Below are positions 34,589-35,052 of a stretch of DNA of 35,052 nucleotides, in pieces. The notes below the pieces were generated by a model. That model searched no databases. It was not told where the DNA came from and saw nothing but the letters and a program-made list of their open reading frames with translations. This DNA comes from Octopus bimaculoides. Lineage: Eukaryota. The stretch covers positions 33,423,383 through 33,458,434 of the forward strand of contig NC_068994.1 of assembly GCF_001194135.2 (NCBI RefSeq). The letters run 5' to 3'. How positions within the stretch are numbered: the stretch's first letter is position 1; each line of letters opens with the position of its first letter. The position numbers were made by a program, and so were the translations under genes.

Positions 34589-34973
34589 ATTAGAAATATT
34601 GTATTTCTAAATGTCTCAGAGAGACTTATACAGAAGCAGCACGATGAAGTGATGGTTTGTTGCCAACTTAATGTGGCAGTCCCAGGAAAGGGAGGAATGC
34701 TACTAATATTTAGCCCCAGGAAACATTGTTTCCAGTTGTCTATGTGACACAAACGTGCTGTATCCTTAAGTTTTCAAACAGGGGAGATAAGTACCTCCAC
34801 CCAGCAAAGCCAGCATCCAGAGACTAGTTTCAGAGTCATTGCTCTTCATCAGTCTGGAGTAGCTTGGCTTGCTAGCTGGGGACTGCCACATTAAGTTGGC
34901 GACAAACCATCACTTTATCGTGCTGCTACTATATAAGTCTGTCAGAGAGATTTTGAAATGCAATATTTCTAAT
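34589..34973. mobile_element. 385-bp element with about 97-bp terminal inverted repeats
   Basis: 34589-34685 is a close reverse complement of 34876-34973; no unambiguous TSD. Confidence 0.85.
34816..34858 (-). ncRNA. Minimal type I hammerhead ribozyme
   Basis: The minus strand reads TCCAGA-CTGATGA-AGAG(CAATGA)CTCT-GAAA-CTAG-TC|TCTGGA. All core nucleotides are intact, with a 6-bp stem I, a 4-bp stem II, a palindromic ACTAGT stem III and a GUC cleavage site. Confidence 0.85.
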
Positions 34974-35052
34974 TTTGTAAATCAATAAATTTATTTCACT
35001 TGAAATTATATAAGCTTTCAAAGGTGAATAGGCATCGACAGCTCGAGATACT

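Noticed and set aside
1-35052. CRISPR arrays, rRNA or prokaryotic operon features
   Set aside because: There are no repeat-spacer arrays or rRNA-like sequence, and the window is clearly intron-containing animal DNA.

Overview
Eukaryotic, AT-rich, microsatellite-dense genomic DNA with eight assembly gaps (about 5.4 kb of N). The protocadherin type, SINE families and repeat load suggest an octopus or other coleoid cephalopod; this is an inference. One protein-coding gene is supported, a minus-strand protocadherin. Its large exon (ATG 24279 to a GAG|GTAAGT donor at 21874/21873) encodes a signal peptide, six cadherin repeats, a TM helix and the proximal tail. I predict small downstream tail exons by hand: exon 2 (19928..19790 or ..19871), a proximal last exon (19715..19630) and a distal last exon (12662..12283). 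All of these junctions are frame-compatible. The rest is transposon-derived: a stop-free Penelope-like RT fragment, R4/Dong and RTE LINE pieces, many tRNA-derived SINEs (one dimeric and one nested, both with TSDs), and several inverted-repeat elements. There are two well-formed type I hammerhead ribozyme motifs, one inside an element with about 97-bp inverted ends, plus a hammerhead-like repeat family with a variant core. Nearly all other ORF-track entries are artefacts of N-gaps, microsatellites or antisense frames. Splice models and RNA folds were derived by eye and need RNA-seq or computational confirmation.
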